64,000 nt of DNA from Flavobacteriales bacterium (GTDB lineage Bacteria; Bacteroidota; Bacteroidia; Flavobacteriales_F; PHOS-HE28): the NCBI GenBank assembly GCA_016787985.1, contig JAEUTC010000043.1, positions 17,145 through 81,144 of the forward strand, read 5' to 3'. The notes beneath the pieces are model-generated. The model made no database searches, was not told the DNA's origin, and saw only the letters and a program-made list of their open reading frames with translations. The position numbers and the translations under genes were made by a program. The number at the start of each line of letters is the position of its first letter. Position 1 is the first letter of the stretch. Positions 9,281-19,468 of the stretch are shown piece by piece.

Positions 9281-12200
9281 TCAGGGGATCACGAAGCGCA
9301 AGGTCTCCGAGCGGCTTTCTCGGCGTAGAATGGCCACATAGACACCGGAAACACCACCGCTGAAATGCCACTGCCCATCGGTTAGTGGACCTGAAGCGAC
9401 AAGCCTGCCATTGTGATCATGCACATGGACCTCCTCCCACCCAGAACCATGCAGCACGACACCATCCCCGGGGATGGGTTGCGCCCACACCTGGGCCGCT
9501 GCGCGGTGCTCGATCGCCACCGGACCATGGTAGGCCACCGTACCATCAAGATCGACCTGCGCCAGCCGGTAATACGAAAGGCCATTCAGCGGTACGGGAT
9601 CAGTGAGGGAATAGTCGATCACCGCCGCGCTGAAACCCGCTGCCGGTAAGCTGCCGATGGTGATGTAGGCGATGCCATCACTCCCGCGTTCTAGTTCGAA
9701 ATGGCTCGTGTTGTGTTCCGTGGCCGTGGTCCAATCCAGGCGCACTGCAGAGACTTCATCCGTGCCGGTGAACGAAAGCAGTTCCACGGGAAGGATACCC
9801 ACGGACTCCCAAACGTAGTCCTCCGTTTCTCCCAGCGGTGCGGCCATGTACGGGAAGGTCACGGCCATGCTATCCACGGAAAGGCGCAGTCGGATGTAGA
9901 ACAGCCCGAAGGGGTTCGCAAAGGGCGGTACGGTGAAATGCATCAGGTGCGAACCCAAGCCGGTGAACGGGGCCTTCACCACCGTGTTGGACGAACTCTC
10001 CAAGGAATCGAGGAAATCACCGTCGGCGTTCCAGTCCACGAAGGCATGGACGAAACTCGCGTTGGCCGTGTTGTTCGTTGCTCGGATCTGTAGATCGAAA
10101 GCCCCGCCTATACCCGGCCATGGCGCCGTGTAGGGATTGGTGAGCAGCGCGTCCTCCTCGTTGCCATCGCCATCGGCCATTACGCTGTTGTGCGCGATGC
10201 TTTCCGCACTGGGGCCTGAAAGACCTAATACAAGACCATTCAGAAGTGTAGAAGCCGCGGCCGGTGGCTGGTAGTTGATATTCATGTCGTACACCACCGG
10301 CGCATCACCATAGTCGTACTGCACGTTGGCGATATCGATCTGGCAACTCACCGTAGCATCGCAGCCGCTGACGCTGAGCGCGGTGAGGCTGATGGCCACG
10401 AAGCCATTGGCCACATCGAGCGGTGTGGGCACATAGGTGAGCGTTGGGCTCGACACGGTTCCGCCACCGGTGATCGACCCGACCGTCGTGCTCGCCCATT
10501 GCACGGTGGCAGCGCCAGTAACGGAGATCCCCCCCAAGGTGATATTCCCACCTGCGTTGATGGCACCCGGGCATGTGAAGTTCGCGATGACCGGGACGGT
10601 AAGTGCAGTAACGCCGTTGGCGTCGCTGGCCGTGTTGCTCAAGCCGCTCGCGTTGATCCCCGTGTGGATATCGGTCACCTGCACGAAAAGGTTCGTAAGG
10701 GTGCTGCCGATGTTGAGGTCCACTTGGAACGTGCTCACCCCTGGTGGTAGCGACAAAATGGGCAACAGTACGGAACCGGAGTGACCGTTGATGGCGTGGG
10801 GTACGAACGGATAAGCCGGATCAAGGAGGTTGGGTGCGGCGAGGTCCAACCCTGCACTCAGGTTGTACGGTTCACCGACGTAAGTGGCACCGAGCCCGAC
10901 CAGGTTCATGTCAAGATCCGCACCGGTGATAGTGGTGCCACTGGTATTGGTGATGGTGATGGTGGCCTGCGCATAGTTGCCATTGCCACAGCTGCCAACG
11001 GTGGGAATATTCACGCTCACGCTTATCCGATCGCCGGTAGCACAAGGGCTGCCAGCAGCAGGGATGACCGCATTGTCGCTGGTATGCACGGCACCGTTGA
11101 AGCCACTGATATCCACGAAGGTGCCCGCGTTGAAGTGCTGGTCGGGCATGATGAGGGGCGCGGGATCGCCCGGGGTGAACACCGAGGCGGCAAGTCCCAT
11201 GCTCAGGTTGTAGGTTCCCGCACCCAACGCGCTGTAATCGTAGATGTACTGGCGCACGAAGCACTCGCCGGGATAGAGGATACGCGGTAGCTCATGCTCG
11301 CCGAACTTGGCCAGGTAGGCATCGTCGTTGTCATTGTTCACCGTTTGGTGTGCACCCGTAGTGGCCAGATCGACCAAGCTGGCGGTGAGCCCTACCACGT
11401 ACACATCCCCTGCTGGATCAACGGCCACGGCATAATTCTCATCATCATCCTCGCCACCGAAATACGTCCCCCAGAGCAAGACACCGTCGTTGCTGAACTT
11501 CATCGCGAACGCATCGCGGTTGGTGCCATCGATGGACTCCTTGAAGGAGCCGAACGTAGAGATGCCCGATACGCTTTTGGTGAAACCAGCTACCGTGACA
11601 CGACCAACGGCGTCCATGGCCACATCGTTCATCACCTCATCATCTTCGCCACTCACGTAGGTGCTCCAAACAGGCGAACCGGTCGCATCGAACTTCGCCA
11701 AGAACCCATCATCGCCGCCATTGCTGAAGGGCTGGTAAGGAGCGTTGATATCGATCACGTCCGTGCTATTCGTAGTACCGTTCAAGAAGATGTTCCCAGA
11801 CGGATCACAGGCCACCGAGGGGAAAGTCTCAACGCCAGTGCCTCCGAAATAGGTAGCCCACTGGCGCACACCCGCGCCATTGAAACGGACGAGGTATACA
11901 TCGTCACTATTGTTGATCGATTGGAACGCGCCGGCCGTTGCGATACCGGTGGTGCTCAACGTCTGCCCCACCAGATGCACGTTACCGGCAGGATCACACG
12001 CCACGTTGGCCAGGTCCTCCGTATCGCTACCGCCGTAGTAGGTCGCCCACTGACGCACACCCGCACTGTTGAACTTCACCAAGAAGTTGTCCCCCAGCCC
12101 ACCGTTCGCCACTTGATGGGCGCCCACCGTGGCGATGCCCGCCCCACTTTCCGTGGTTCCCACGAGGTACACGTTACCCACGGCATCCGTCGTCACCGAA

Positions 12201-13954
12201 TAACCGATGTCAGCACCGGTTCCGCCGTAGTAGGTGCCCCATTGCCGCACTCCGGCGCTGTTGAATTTCACCAGGAAGGCATCATCGCTGCCCCCCAACG
12301 CGGCTTGGTGTGAACCCACTGTGGAAATGCCGGTCGCGCTCGAAGTGTAGCCCGCGAGGTACACGTTGCCGGCCGCGTCGGTAGCCACCGAAAGCCCGAA
12401 GTCGTTACCGGTTCCGCCGTAGTAGGTGGCCCATTGACGAACACCAGCGTTGTTGAACTTTGCCAAGAAGGCATTGCGTCCACCCGGCGCAGCAACGAGA
12501 TGCGAACCCGCTGTGGAGATCGAGCCAGTGCTGCGCGTAAGACCAGCCAGGTACACATTCCCGGCGGCGTCCGTGGCCACGGCCTGGCCCTCATCCAATA
12601 AGGTACCACCATAGTAGGTAGCCCAGTCAAGATCGGCGGCATAGGTTCCGATCTCGTTCAAATTCGTCACTGGCACTGCGCCTGGCACGGCTATGGGTAA
12701 CGTGGGAACGATGTAGGCAGCCGCATCGCCGGTGTTGCAGATGCTCACATCGTACGGCACAAGGTCATCACAGCCCACGCCCAGGTTGACGATGGTGGCG
12801 GACAAAAGCGCTTGCGGCGGACAGGTCACCGGATCGTTCACACGGTCCCTGCGCGGGCTCACATTGTTGAAGGTGGCCCACTCGTCCGGAGTGAAAGTCT
12901 CGTTTGGTGGCAAGTAGCCTATCGGTGGTGCGTGCCCAGCTATGGCACCGTTGAAGTTGACGATCGCGTATAGTGCAGTTGTGGAAGCCAGCACGCTGCC
13001 CGATAGGTTTCCGCTGATGCTGGCACCTGCCGGTAGTGATACCGTGCCGAGGTGCTGGGTGGTGAGGAAGGCGCTGGTGCTCAACGCGGGATCACCGTTG
13101 TAGAACGAGATCATCAACGGGCCATTGAAGTCCGTAGTCGCGTTGTTCGTCACCGTGTAGCTCGCTTGAAAAGCCGGCGTTCCGGAGATGCAACCCGATG
13201 CGGTGAAGCTGTCGAAGACGATGCTGAGGTCATAGCTCGGGTCAACTCCCACGCTGCATCCCGCGTTGATCATGGCCTGCACCAGCTGCACGTTGGCCTG
13301 CACCAGCTGCGCGTAGGTGGGCGCGCTGAAGTACGCTCCAGGGCTGGCCACTTGACCACCCATGAGCGAGGTGCAGTACGAAGCCGCTTCGATGGCCACC
13401 ACCACGATGGTGACGCCCGCGTTCTTGATCTGCGTCGCCAGCGTGGTCAATCCAGCAGGAACCTGGGAACAATCAGCATCGGTCATCAATACGATGATGG
13501 GCTTGGCGGTGCGCCCAGCGATAGGCGCCTGGCCTATCTGCTGAAAAGCCCTTGTGAGCGCTGTGACCGGATCGGTACCGCCGAGCAGGGCGCGCTGTGC
13601 GTTCTGGTAGGCCAGCACATCGCTCATCTCCGTAGTGTAGCTCGCACCCACAGAGGGGAAGCTGAACTGCTGCCACACGTTGGGGCTATCCCAATCGGCG
13701 ATGGCCATGCGGCTTTCTCCGGCGCCCGTGCCCCAAGGCTGCATGCCCATGAACAAAGCGCTGATGAACTGCCGGCTCTGGGTGTTCTCAAGAGCGCTCA
13801 CCGAGCCGCTCTGGTCGTTGGCCACGAACACATCAAGCGCACAAAGCTGCGCATGGGCCATATTCGTTCGGAGGAGGACAAGGGCGAACAGTACAGCGGC
13901 GGATCTCCACCGCAAGGATCCGTTGGTCGTGGTGGTGGATCCGATCAGTGGCAT
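9281..13954 (-). CDS. giant (about 1557 aa) secreted VWA-domain / SBBP-repeat adhesin-like protein with a T9SS C-terminal sorting domain
   Basis: Signal peptide; N-terminal VWA-like region (DVFVANDQSGSVS...IIVLMTDAD); more than 8 repeats of YYGG(T/S)..D.....DAAGNVYL.G.T; a conserved pre-tail module; C-terminal roughly 75-aa sorting tail. Confidence 0.85.
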   Translation of the reverse strand: MPLIGSTTTTNGSLRWRSAAVLFALVLLRTNMAHAQLCALDVFVANDQSGSVSALENTQSRQFISALFMGMQPWGTGAGESRMAIADWDSPNVWQQFSFPSVGASYTTEMSDVLAYQNAQRALLGGTDPVTALTRAFQQIGQAPIAGRTAKPIIVLMTDADCSQVPAGLTTLATQIKNAGVTIVVVAIEAASYCTSLMGGQVASPGAYFSAPTYAQLVQANVQLVQAMINAGCSVGVDPSYDLSIVFDSFTASGCISGTPAFQASYTVTNNATTDFNGPLMISFYNGDPALSTSAFLTTQHLGTVSLPAGASISGNLSGSVLASTTALYAIVNFNGAIAGHAPPIGYLPPNETFTPDEWATFNNVSPRRDRVNDPVTCPPQALLSATIVNLGVGCDDLVPYDVSICNTGDAAAYIVPTLPIAVPGAVPVTNLNEIGTYAADLDWATYYGGTLLDEGQAVATDAAGNVYLAGLTRSTGSISTAGSHLVAAPGGRNAFLAKFNNAGVRQWATYYGGTGNDFGLSVATDAAGNVYLAGYTSSATGISTVGSHQAALGGSDDAFLVKFNSAGVRQWGTYYGGTGADIGYSVTTDAVGNVYLVGTTESGAGIATVGAHQVANGGLGDNFLVKFNSAGVRQWATYYGGSDTEDLANVACDPAGNVHLVGQTLSTTGIATAGAFQSINNSDDVYLVRFNGAGVRQWATYFGGTGVETFPSVACDPSGNIFLNGTTNSTDVIDINAPYQPFSNGGDDGFLAKFDATGSPVWSTYVSGEDDEVMNDVAMDAVGRVTVAGFTKSVSGISTFGSFKESIDGTNRDAFAMKFSNDGVLLWGTYFGGEDDDENYAVAVDPAGDVYVVGLTASLVDLATTGAHQTVNNDNDDAYLAKFGEHELPRILYPGECFVRQYIYDYSALGAGTYNLSMGLAASVFTPGDPAPLIMPDQHFNAGTFVDISGFNGAVHTSDNAVIPAAGSPCATGDRISVSVNIPTVGSCGNGNYAQATITITNTSGTTITGADLDMNLVGLGATYVGEPYNLSAGLDLAAPNLLDPAYPFVPHAINGHSGSVLLPILSLPPGVSTFQVDLNIGSTLTNLFVQVTDIHTGINASGLSNTASDANGVTALTVPVIANFTCPGAINAGGNITLGGISVTGAATVQWASTTVGSITGGGTVSSPTLTYVPTPLDVANGFVAISLTALSVSGCDATVSCQIDIANVQYDYGDAPVVYDMNINYQPPAAASTLLNGLVLGLSGPSAESIAHNSVMADGDGNEEDALLTNPYTAPWPGIGGAFDLQIRATNNTANASFVHAFVDWNADGDFLDSLESSSNTVVKAPFTGLGSHLMHFTVPPFANPFGLFYIRLRLSVDSMAVTFPYMAAPLGETEDYVWESVGILPVELLSFTGTDEVSAVRLDWTTATEHNTSHFELERGSDGIAYITIGSLPAAGFSAAVIDYSLTDPVPLNGLSYYRLAQVDLDGTVAYHGPVAIEHRAAAQVWAQPIPGDGVVLHGSGWEEVHVHDHNGRLVASGPLTDGQWHFSGGVSGVYVAILRRESRSETLRFVIP

Positions 13955-14110
13955 GGTGTGGTGGCTTGCGGACCGAAACTATTTCCATGGAATGGACCAT
14001 CATGGGACGAAGCGGACGAAGCGGCAATTGGAGATGCCGAACCGGGCGATCGAAGTATCCGGACCTCACCGGGAAAAGAGCACCCGGCACCCAAGCCCTA
14101 CCTTTCGGAC

Positions 14111-14944
14111 ATGATCCGACCCGGTCGTACCCAGTTGCTCCGCATCCTCCGTCGTAACCGCGAAGGCTTGGTGCTGGGCGATGACGATGCCCTGGAGGTG
14201 GTGCTCCCCTTGAGCGAAGCTCCGCGCGATGGCAGCGAAGACGGGCACCTCAGGGTGTTCGTGGCCCCGAACGCGGATGGCCGATTGACCGCCACCACCC
14301 GTACACCGAAGATCGAGGCTGGCACCTTCGCCAAGTTGCGTGTTCTGGCCATCCGTGGCGCTGGAGCCCACGTGGACTGGGGCATGGATACTCCCCTGCT
14401 CATCCCGCACGACGACCAGAAGAAGCCCATGGAAGATGGGCGGTGGTACGTCATGGGTGCCTACTATGACAAGGAGGCCAAGCGCCTGCACGGTAGCACC
14501 CGCATCGAAGAGTTGCTCGACAACACCGAACTCACCGTAAAGGAGAAGGAAAAGGTGGACCTGCTCGTCTTCGGCAAAAGTGACCTGGGCCTCTCGGTGA
14601 TCGTGAATAACAAGCACCAAGGCCTCGTGCACGCCAACGAGGTGTTCAAGCCCGTCACCGTAGGCGATCGACTCATCGGTTATGTAAAGACCGTTCGACC
14701 GGACAACAAGTTGGACATCGTACTGCAACCCATAGGCTACCGGCAATACATCGATGCCCACACCACCCTGCTGGCGAAGCGGCTCGAGGCCAAGGGTTAC
14801 CTCGCCCTCACCGACAAGAGCTCCGCAGAAGAGATCTACGAAGAGTTCGGCATCAGCAAGAAGGCCTTCAAGAAGGCATTGGGCGCGCTCTACAAGGAGC
14901 GTCTCGTGCGCATCGGCGAGGACGGGGTGGTCTGGATCGGATGA
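14111..14944 (+). CDS. CvfB/YitL-family S1 RNA-binding domain protein
   Basis: About 277-aa ORF from MIRPGRTQLLRILRRNREGLVLGDDD; S1-like repeats and the C-terminal winged-helix segment (GYLALTDKSSAEEIYEEFGISKKAFKKALGALYKERL) are typical of CvfB. The 5' extension in the track ORF overlaps the converse gene and is rejected. Confidence 0.8.
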   Translation: MIRPGRTQLLRILRRNREGLVLGDDDALEVVLPLSEAPRDGSEDGHLRVFVAPNADGRLTATTRTPKIEAGTFAKLRVLAIRGAGAHVDWGMDTPLLIPHDDQKKPMEDGRWYVMGAYYDKEAKRLHGSTRIEELLDNTELTVKEKEKVDLLVFGKSDLGLSVIVNNKHQGLVHANEVFKPVTVGDRLIGYVKTVRPDNKLDIVLQPIGYRQYIDAHTTLLAKRLEAKGYLALTDKSSAEEIYEEFGISKKAFKKALGALYKERLVRIGEDGVVWIG

Positions 14945-15223
14945 CGCATTCATTCTAGGGAATGACCGCTGTTCTCCGATCGAACGAGAACGGAACCAAG
15001 CCCTTACTCATCCGGCGGGTATTCATCCTGATGGCTCCTATCCATAGCCATGCTGCACCAAATTCCAGATGGAGGATACCAAGGTCACACCCGCGTGCCT
15101 TTGAACGGTTGATGCACATCACGGAAGACGACCCGGCGAATTGCTGGTTCAAGCCACCGAGGGATCCTGATAGGACCACCACCCGACATGGAGGTGCTCA
15201 TCACCGCCCAGCGGGCCGAATGA

Positions 15224-15610
15224 TCAACCCATGACCTCCTTGATCCAAGCACGCGCTTCATCGCCATTGCGGAAGATGCGCGTGGGAAAGGTCTGTGGGT
15301 GGTAGGTGTAGTAGATGCTCGACATCGAGGCCCCAAGGTCATCCTGGGTAACGATGGCCAGGGCCGTGATCTGTTCGTTCGCGTTGGTAAGACCGAAATA
15401 ATCCACCTTCATCACGGCAAGGTCTGAAAGCGTCCCGGCTTGAAAGAACCCGATCATGGCACAGCGCGCCGTGGTCAACTCCCTGCGTCGCAGCTGCACC
15501 TCCATCAATCCTTCCACATTCAGATCCAGACCCGCGCGGTAATGCACCTCGATGGTGGTGCCATCTTCAGACAGGACCATATCCGCCAGCTGCGTAGTGA
15601 TGCGTTCCAT
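15224..15610 (-). CDS. hypothetical protein
   Basis: 128-aa ORF of plausible composition; no motif recognised. Confidence 0.45.
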   Translation of the reverse strand: MERITTQLADMVLSEDGTTIEVHYRAGLDLNVEGLMEVQLRRRELTTARCAMIGFFQAGTLSDLAVMKVDYFGLTNANEQITALAIVTQDDLGASMSSIYYTYHPQTFPTRIFRNGDEARAWIKEVMG

Positions 15611-15672
15611 CGGTGAAGGGTGAAGTTACAGCGCCTTTTCCACAGAACGACCCGAGACCTACCTTTCCTGCC

Positions 15673-16020
15673 ATGGAAGCAACACTGGTGCGGGCAATGG
15701 CCCTGGACATGCCCGGCACGGCAGAGAAGGACCACTTCGGAAAGCCGGCCTTCAGTGTGAAGAAGAAGATCTATTGCACCTGGTGGGTGATGGAAGAGCG
15801 GGCTGTATTGAAGCTCACGCGTGAGCAACAGGCCACCTTGAGCGAAGAACAGCCGGACGCATACCGCCCGCTACCCAACAAATGGGGACTCCATGGCTGG
15901 ACCAACGTGGACTTGGGCACCGTGGGCGAACGCTCCTTCCGCTATGCGTTGGACCTGGCTTGGCGAAACGTTGCACCCAAGTGGTTGATCCCCACGAGGC
16001 TCGCGCCCCCAAAGGGATAA
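15673..16020 (+). CDS. MmcQ/YjbR family DNA-binding protein
   Basis: About 115 aa from MEATLVRAMALDMPGTAEKDHFGKPAFSVKKKIYCTW...; matches the MmcQ/YjbR family pattern. Confidence 0.65.
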   Translation: MEATLVRAMALDMPGTAEKDHFGKPAFSVKKKIYCTWWVMEERAVLKLTREQQATLSEEQPDAYRPLPNKWGLHGWTNVDLGTVGERSFRYALDLAWRNVAPKWLIPTRLAPPKG

Positions 16021-16080
16021 AGAAGCCTACCGAGGCCACATCGTGCGTTGGTCCCTTGGTATCCCGAGCGATGTGAACGA

Positions 16081-16827
16081 TCAGTGGAAGAACTGCATCA
16101 CCTTGCTCCAGAGCTTCCGGGTCACCAGCAACGGCGGGGCTTGTAGGCCGTTCAATCCCCAAGAGGCGCGCACTTCACGGTTGGCCTTCAGGATGTGTTT
16201 CACGCTACCGTTGCTCATGCCACCCAACCGGAAACGCACCAGCACCTCGCGCAAGTGGACCGTGCGGATCTCGTGTTTGTAGAGCATACGCAGGAGGATC
16301 TCGTAGTCCGCAGCGATACGCAGGTCGGTGTTGAAATGCCCGAAGCGGTCGTATGCGCTTTTCCGGATGAAAGTGCCCACATGCGGTGGCATCCAACCAC
16401 GGCGGAAGTTGTCGCGGTGGTAGGTCCCACTGAGCCACGTCCGGTGCACTTTGTGGATGTCATGCTCGTCCACCATGATGATGTCCCCGTAAACGGCATC
16501 GGCATGGCTCCGCTGGAACGCATCCACCACCTGGGCGATCACCTGGGGGGTCATCAGCAGGTCACCGGCGTTCACGAAACCGATCACCTCGCCGGTGGCC
16601 GCGCGCAGCCCCTTGTTCATGGCATCGTAGATCCCCTTGTCCGGCTCGCTCACATAGTGCGCCAGCCGGTCTCGGTGGCGCTCCACCACCTGTTGGGTGC
16701 CGTCGGTGCTGGCCCCGTCGATCACGATCACCTCGATGTCGGTGTGCGTTTGCGCGAACACGCTTTCCAACGAAGCGCCGATAACAGCGGCCGCGTTACG
16801 ACATACGGTGATGAGGGTGACTTTCAT
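16081..16827 (-). CDS. family 2 glycosyltransferase
   Basis: 248 aa; VIVIDGASTDGT, the DxD region (YGDIIMVDEHD) and overall GT-A fold signature. Confidence 0.85.
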   Translation of the reverse strand: MKVTLITVCRNAAAVIGASLESVFAQTHTDIEVIVIDGASTDGTQQVVERHRDRLAHYVSEPDKGIYDAMNKGLRAATGEVIGFVNAGDLLMTPQVIAQVVDAFQRSHADAVYGDIIMVDEHDIHKVHRTWLSGTYHRDNFRRGWMPPHVGTFIRKSAYDRFGHFNTDLRIAADYEILLRMLYKHEIRTVHLREVLVRFRLGGMSNGSVKHILKANREVRASWGLNGLQAPPLLVTRKLWSKVMQFFH

Positions 16828-16944
16828 GGATGCTTATCCAGCTCCTACCGTGCGAAGATGAGAAGTCTGCCGAGAAGCCTGAATGCGAACCTCCCACCCC
16901 AACCCGCGAACCAAGACCAACCTGGTGCTGTTCTGGACTACGCC

Positions 16945-17571
16945 ATGGAAAAGCTTCGGATCCTCCAATGTATTCTCTTGCTAGCGGTAACTTCCTCCTC
17001 GGCTCAAGACGTTGAGCATCCATTCCGTATGGGCAGCAACGTCGAGATCTCCGCCGCGCAGCTCCTGATCGCGGGAAGTAACCAATACGCGGACAACATC
17101 CTCGACCGCCAACGCGGCGACGCCACCTTTATCGGTGCCAGCTACCTGCTCGGCGACACCACCGACCAGGGCCGTGGCATCGGGCGTTTCGCCGTAGGGA
17201 TCGGCGCAGGAGCACTGCTATGGGAAGGTATCACCCTGATGCCTGTATTTGGTCAGGTCAACTGGCACCCCTTCGTCCGCCGAGCCCCATGGGCCAGCGT
17301 GCACCTCAGCCGCTTGGGCATCGCCATGCGCTTCGGCGGCATCCTCGGCGCGTGGAAACCCACCACCCGTGGCCAACTCGCCGGGCACACGTACACCGAC
17401 CTGGCCTTCAAGTACCCCGCCCACCTCGGTCGCTTCAACCTGAGCCTCGATGCAGGCCTCGGAATGATCCTTCTACGCGGTCCCTACACCATCGCTGAAG
17501 AAGGCTTGGTGGAGGACAGACGCTTCGCCGAGTTCATCTACCCACGGTTGGGTCTGAGCGTGGGTTTCTGA
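16945..17571 (+). CDS. secreted/outer-membrane beta-barrel-like protein (hypothetical)
   Basis: Signal peptide MEKLRILQCILLLAVTSSSAQ; Gly/aromatic-rich; terminates in ...GLSVGF (C-terminal Phe typical of OM barrels). The 5' part of the track ORF 16195..17571 is antisense to the GT2 gene. Confidence 0.55.
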   Translation: MEKLRILQCILLLAVTSSSAQDVEHPFRMGSNVEISAAQLLIAGSNQYADNILDRQRGDATFIGASYLLGDTTDQGRGIGRFAVGIGAGALLWEGITLMPVFGQVNWHPFVRRAPWASVHLSRLGIAMRFGGILGAWKPTTRGQLAGHTYTDLAFKYPAHLGRFNLSLDAGLGMILLRGPYTIAEEGLVEDRRFAEFIYPRLGLSVGF

Positions 17572-17593
17572 GTCGATCACGTTGACCACCCGG

Positions 17594-17932
17594 TCAACGC
17601 GCACTGCGGGCCCTGGCGTTGTAGGACAGGCAAATGCGCATGTAATACTGAAAGTCGTGATCGCGCTGGAGACCTTCAGCGTGGATGTAGCAATAGCCCT
17701 TGTAGGTCTTGCCCTTCATCAGCATGGTGGCGTAGCCCGCGCGCTCAGCCAGCACTTCCTGCAAATCCGGGTCGAAGCGCAGCATCAGGCTATCACCGCG
17801 AACGCATACACAGGTCTTCCCATTGACCATGAAATTGAGCACCCCGAACATCACCTTTTCTTCTACGGAGATGCCAAGGGTGGCGGCCAGGTGCTCACGC
17901 ACCCGGTCCGCCAGCGCTACATCGTACGGCAT
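17594..17932 (-). CDS. TfoX N-terminal domain family protein
   Basis: 112 aa from MPYDVALADRVREHLAATLG...EKVMFGVLNFMVNGKTCVCV; typical TfoX/Sxy N-terminal domain pattern. Confidence 0.7.
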   Translation of the reverse strand: MPYDVALADRVREHLAATLGISVEEKVMFGVLNFMVNGKTCVCVRGDSLMLRFDPDLQEVLAERAGYATMLMKGKTYKGYCYIHAEGLQRDHDFQYYMRICLSYNARARSAR

Positions 17933-17936
17933 CGTT

Positions 17937-18311
17937 TCACCGGCGGGAATGGAGTCCCACGGTGTTCCCTTCCGTATCCTTGAAGATGGAGACGAAGCCG
18001 AACTCGCCGATGGCCATCTTCGGCCGCAGCACTTCGCCTCCTGCACGTACGATGCGCGCCTCCTCGGCCTCACAATCCGCTGTTTCGAAATACACCACCG
18101 TGGCGTTGGATCCGTGTCGCAGTTCAGATGTCTCCACCAAAGCCCCCGAGATGTTCCCACTAGTGGGGTCGAAGGGGAACAAGGCCTGCCTGCCCCATTG
18201 TGCGGGCATGTCCGTGAGTTCGATCTGGAATACGGTTGCATAGAACGCTTTGGCGCGCTCCAGGTCGGCGACGGGGATGTCGAACCAACCTACAGGGTTC
18301 TGGTTTTTCAT
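17937..18311 (-). CDS. VOC/glyoxalase family protein
   Basis: 124 aa from MKNQNPVGWFDIPVADLERAKAFYATVF...; glyoxalase-fold signature; start codon confirmed at 18309-18311 (cat on the plus strand). Confidence 0.75.
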   Translation of the reverse strand: MKNQNPVGWFDIPVADLERAKAFYATVFQIELTDMPAQWGRQALFPFDPTSGNISGALVETSELRHGSNATVVYFETADCEAEEARIVRAGGEVLRPKMAIGEFGFVSIFKDTEGNTVGLHSRR

Positions 18312-18440
18312 GTGATGGATCTTCGGTATCGCACCTTGGGTGCCGGGTGCAAAAGTGGATCCACACGGATCGGCGGAATTGTAAAAATGGGACAGTGATC
18401 GGCTGTGATCGATGCGCCTGTTCACGCGCACGGATCAGGC

Positions 18441-19295
18441 TCAAGGCCGATGCACCACGGTGTGCTGGGACATGCGGGCATACTCCATTCCATCGAAGAT
18501 CAACGACATCCGCAAGGCATCGCCGCGAGAGCCCCCCGGGGTCAGGCCCGTGAACGCCTTGAAATCCTTGATGAAGTGTGCCTGGTCGAAAAAGGAGCTC
18601 TCGTAAGCGAGGCCCGTCAGGTCGTTCACCTCATCGAAGAGCATGCGGCGCAGGGCGGACTGGATGCGTACGGTACGCGAATACTGTTTCGGCGATAGGC
18701 CGATGAGCGTGGAGAACTTACGGGCCAGGTGGCGGCGATGCACATGGCTGCGCCGTGACAGTTCATCCACGGTGAGGCTCCCGTTCGTCGTGCGGATGTC
18801 CAAGAGAGTGCGCGCGATCACCGCATCAGCCTGTGGCCGCGTGGCCAAGCGATGGAACAAGAAGCCCTCCACCAGGTCGATCCGTTCTGCGGTGGTGCAC
18901 GCATCCAGGACCCGGCGCCCGATCACATCCCCCTCGAAACCGAACAACCCCTGCAGGGGCACCGCCGTGTTCTCGAACGCCTTCAACGGACCGCCCCAGA
19001 ACGGCTGGAAACCGCCGGGGTGGAAGCGCACCACGAACGACCCCGTGCGCCCCAGCGGACGCACCACGAACGGCTTCGTCAATTGACCGATCAGGAAGCA
19101 GCGCGGCAGATCCACCCACACGCCGGGCCGGGGCTGGTGCAGGTAGGGATCGCCGTAGTGGAAGATCAGCTTCATGGTGCCATCGGGCACGATGGTGTTC
19201 ATCACCGGCGTGTCGTGCGGTTCGCCCACGAGGTTCCAATGGCACATCACGTGCGCATCCAACCCGCGGGAAACTGGGAAGATCTCTGAACGCAT
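18441..19295 (-). CDS. AraC family transcriptional regulator
   Basis: 284 aa; C-terminal AraC-type HTH (RRSHVHRRHLARKFSTLIGLSPKQYSRTVRIQSALRRM...FFDQAHFIKDFKAFTGLTP). Confidence 0.8.
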   Translation of the reverse strand: MRSEIFPVSRGLDAHVMCHWNLVGEPHDTPVMNTIVPDGTMKLIFHYGDPYLHQPRPGVWVDLPRCFLIGQLTKPFVVRPLGRTGSFVVRFHPGGFQPFWGGPLKAFENTAVPLQGLFGFEGDVIGRRVLDACTTAERIDLVEGFLFHRLATRPQADAVIARTLLDIRTTNGSLTVDELSRRSHVHRRHLARKFSTLIGLSPKQYSRTVRIQSALRRMLFDEVNDLTGLAYESSFFDQAHFIKDFKAFTGLTPGGSRGDALRMSLIFDGMEYARMSQHTVVHRP

Positions 19296-19468
19296 GATAC
19301 TCCGTTGGGACCTCCGGTATTCAGGGGGCTAACTATCCGCCACACCGACTTCGGGCAACGCCACGGCAAAACTACATGCCAACGAAGGCTGGCCCTACAA
19401 GCGATGATGCCATGAAGTCCAGCGGCACGAACCAGCTGAGCGACCAAAGGCTGACACAGCGATCCCAA

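Noticed and set aside
11294-12313. 339-aa plus-strand ORF
   Set aside because: Antisense to the SBBP-repeat region of the 1557-aa gene. The DNA is internally repetitive because of the protein repeats, not because of a separate element or CRISPR.
9281-13954. Possibility of a CRISPR array or tandem DNA repeats in the highly repetitive 10-13 kb region
   Set aside because: Periodicity is roughly 180 nt and in-frame; it corresponds to SBBP protein repeats inside one long ORF, with no spacer-repeat architecture.
13052-14110. 5' extension of the 630-aa track ORF
   Set aside because: Overlaps the start of the converse giant gene and has an Arg/Gly/His-rich artefactual composition; the CvfB homology begins only at the ATG at 14111.
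16195-16944. 5' portion of the 458-aa plus-strand ORF
   Set aside because: Antisense to the well-supported GT2 gene; the real gene begins at the signal peptide at 16945.
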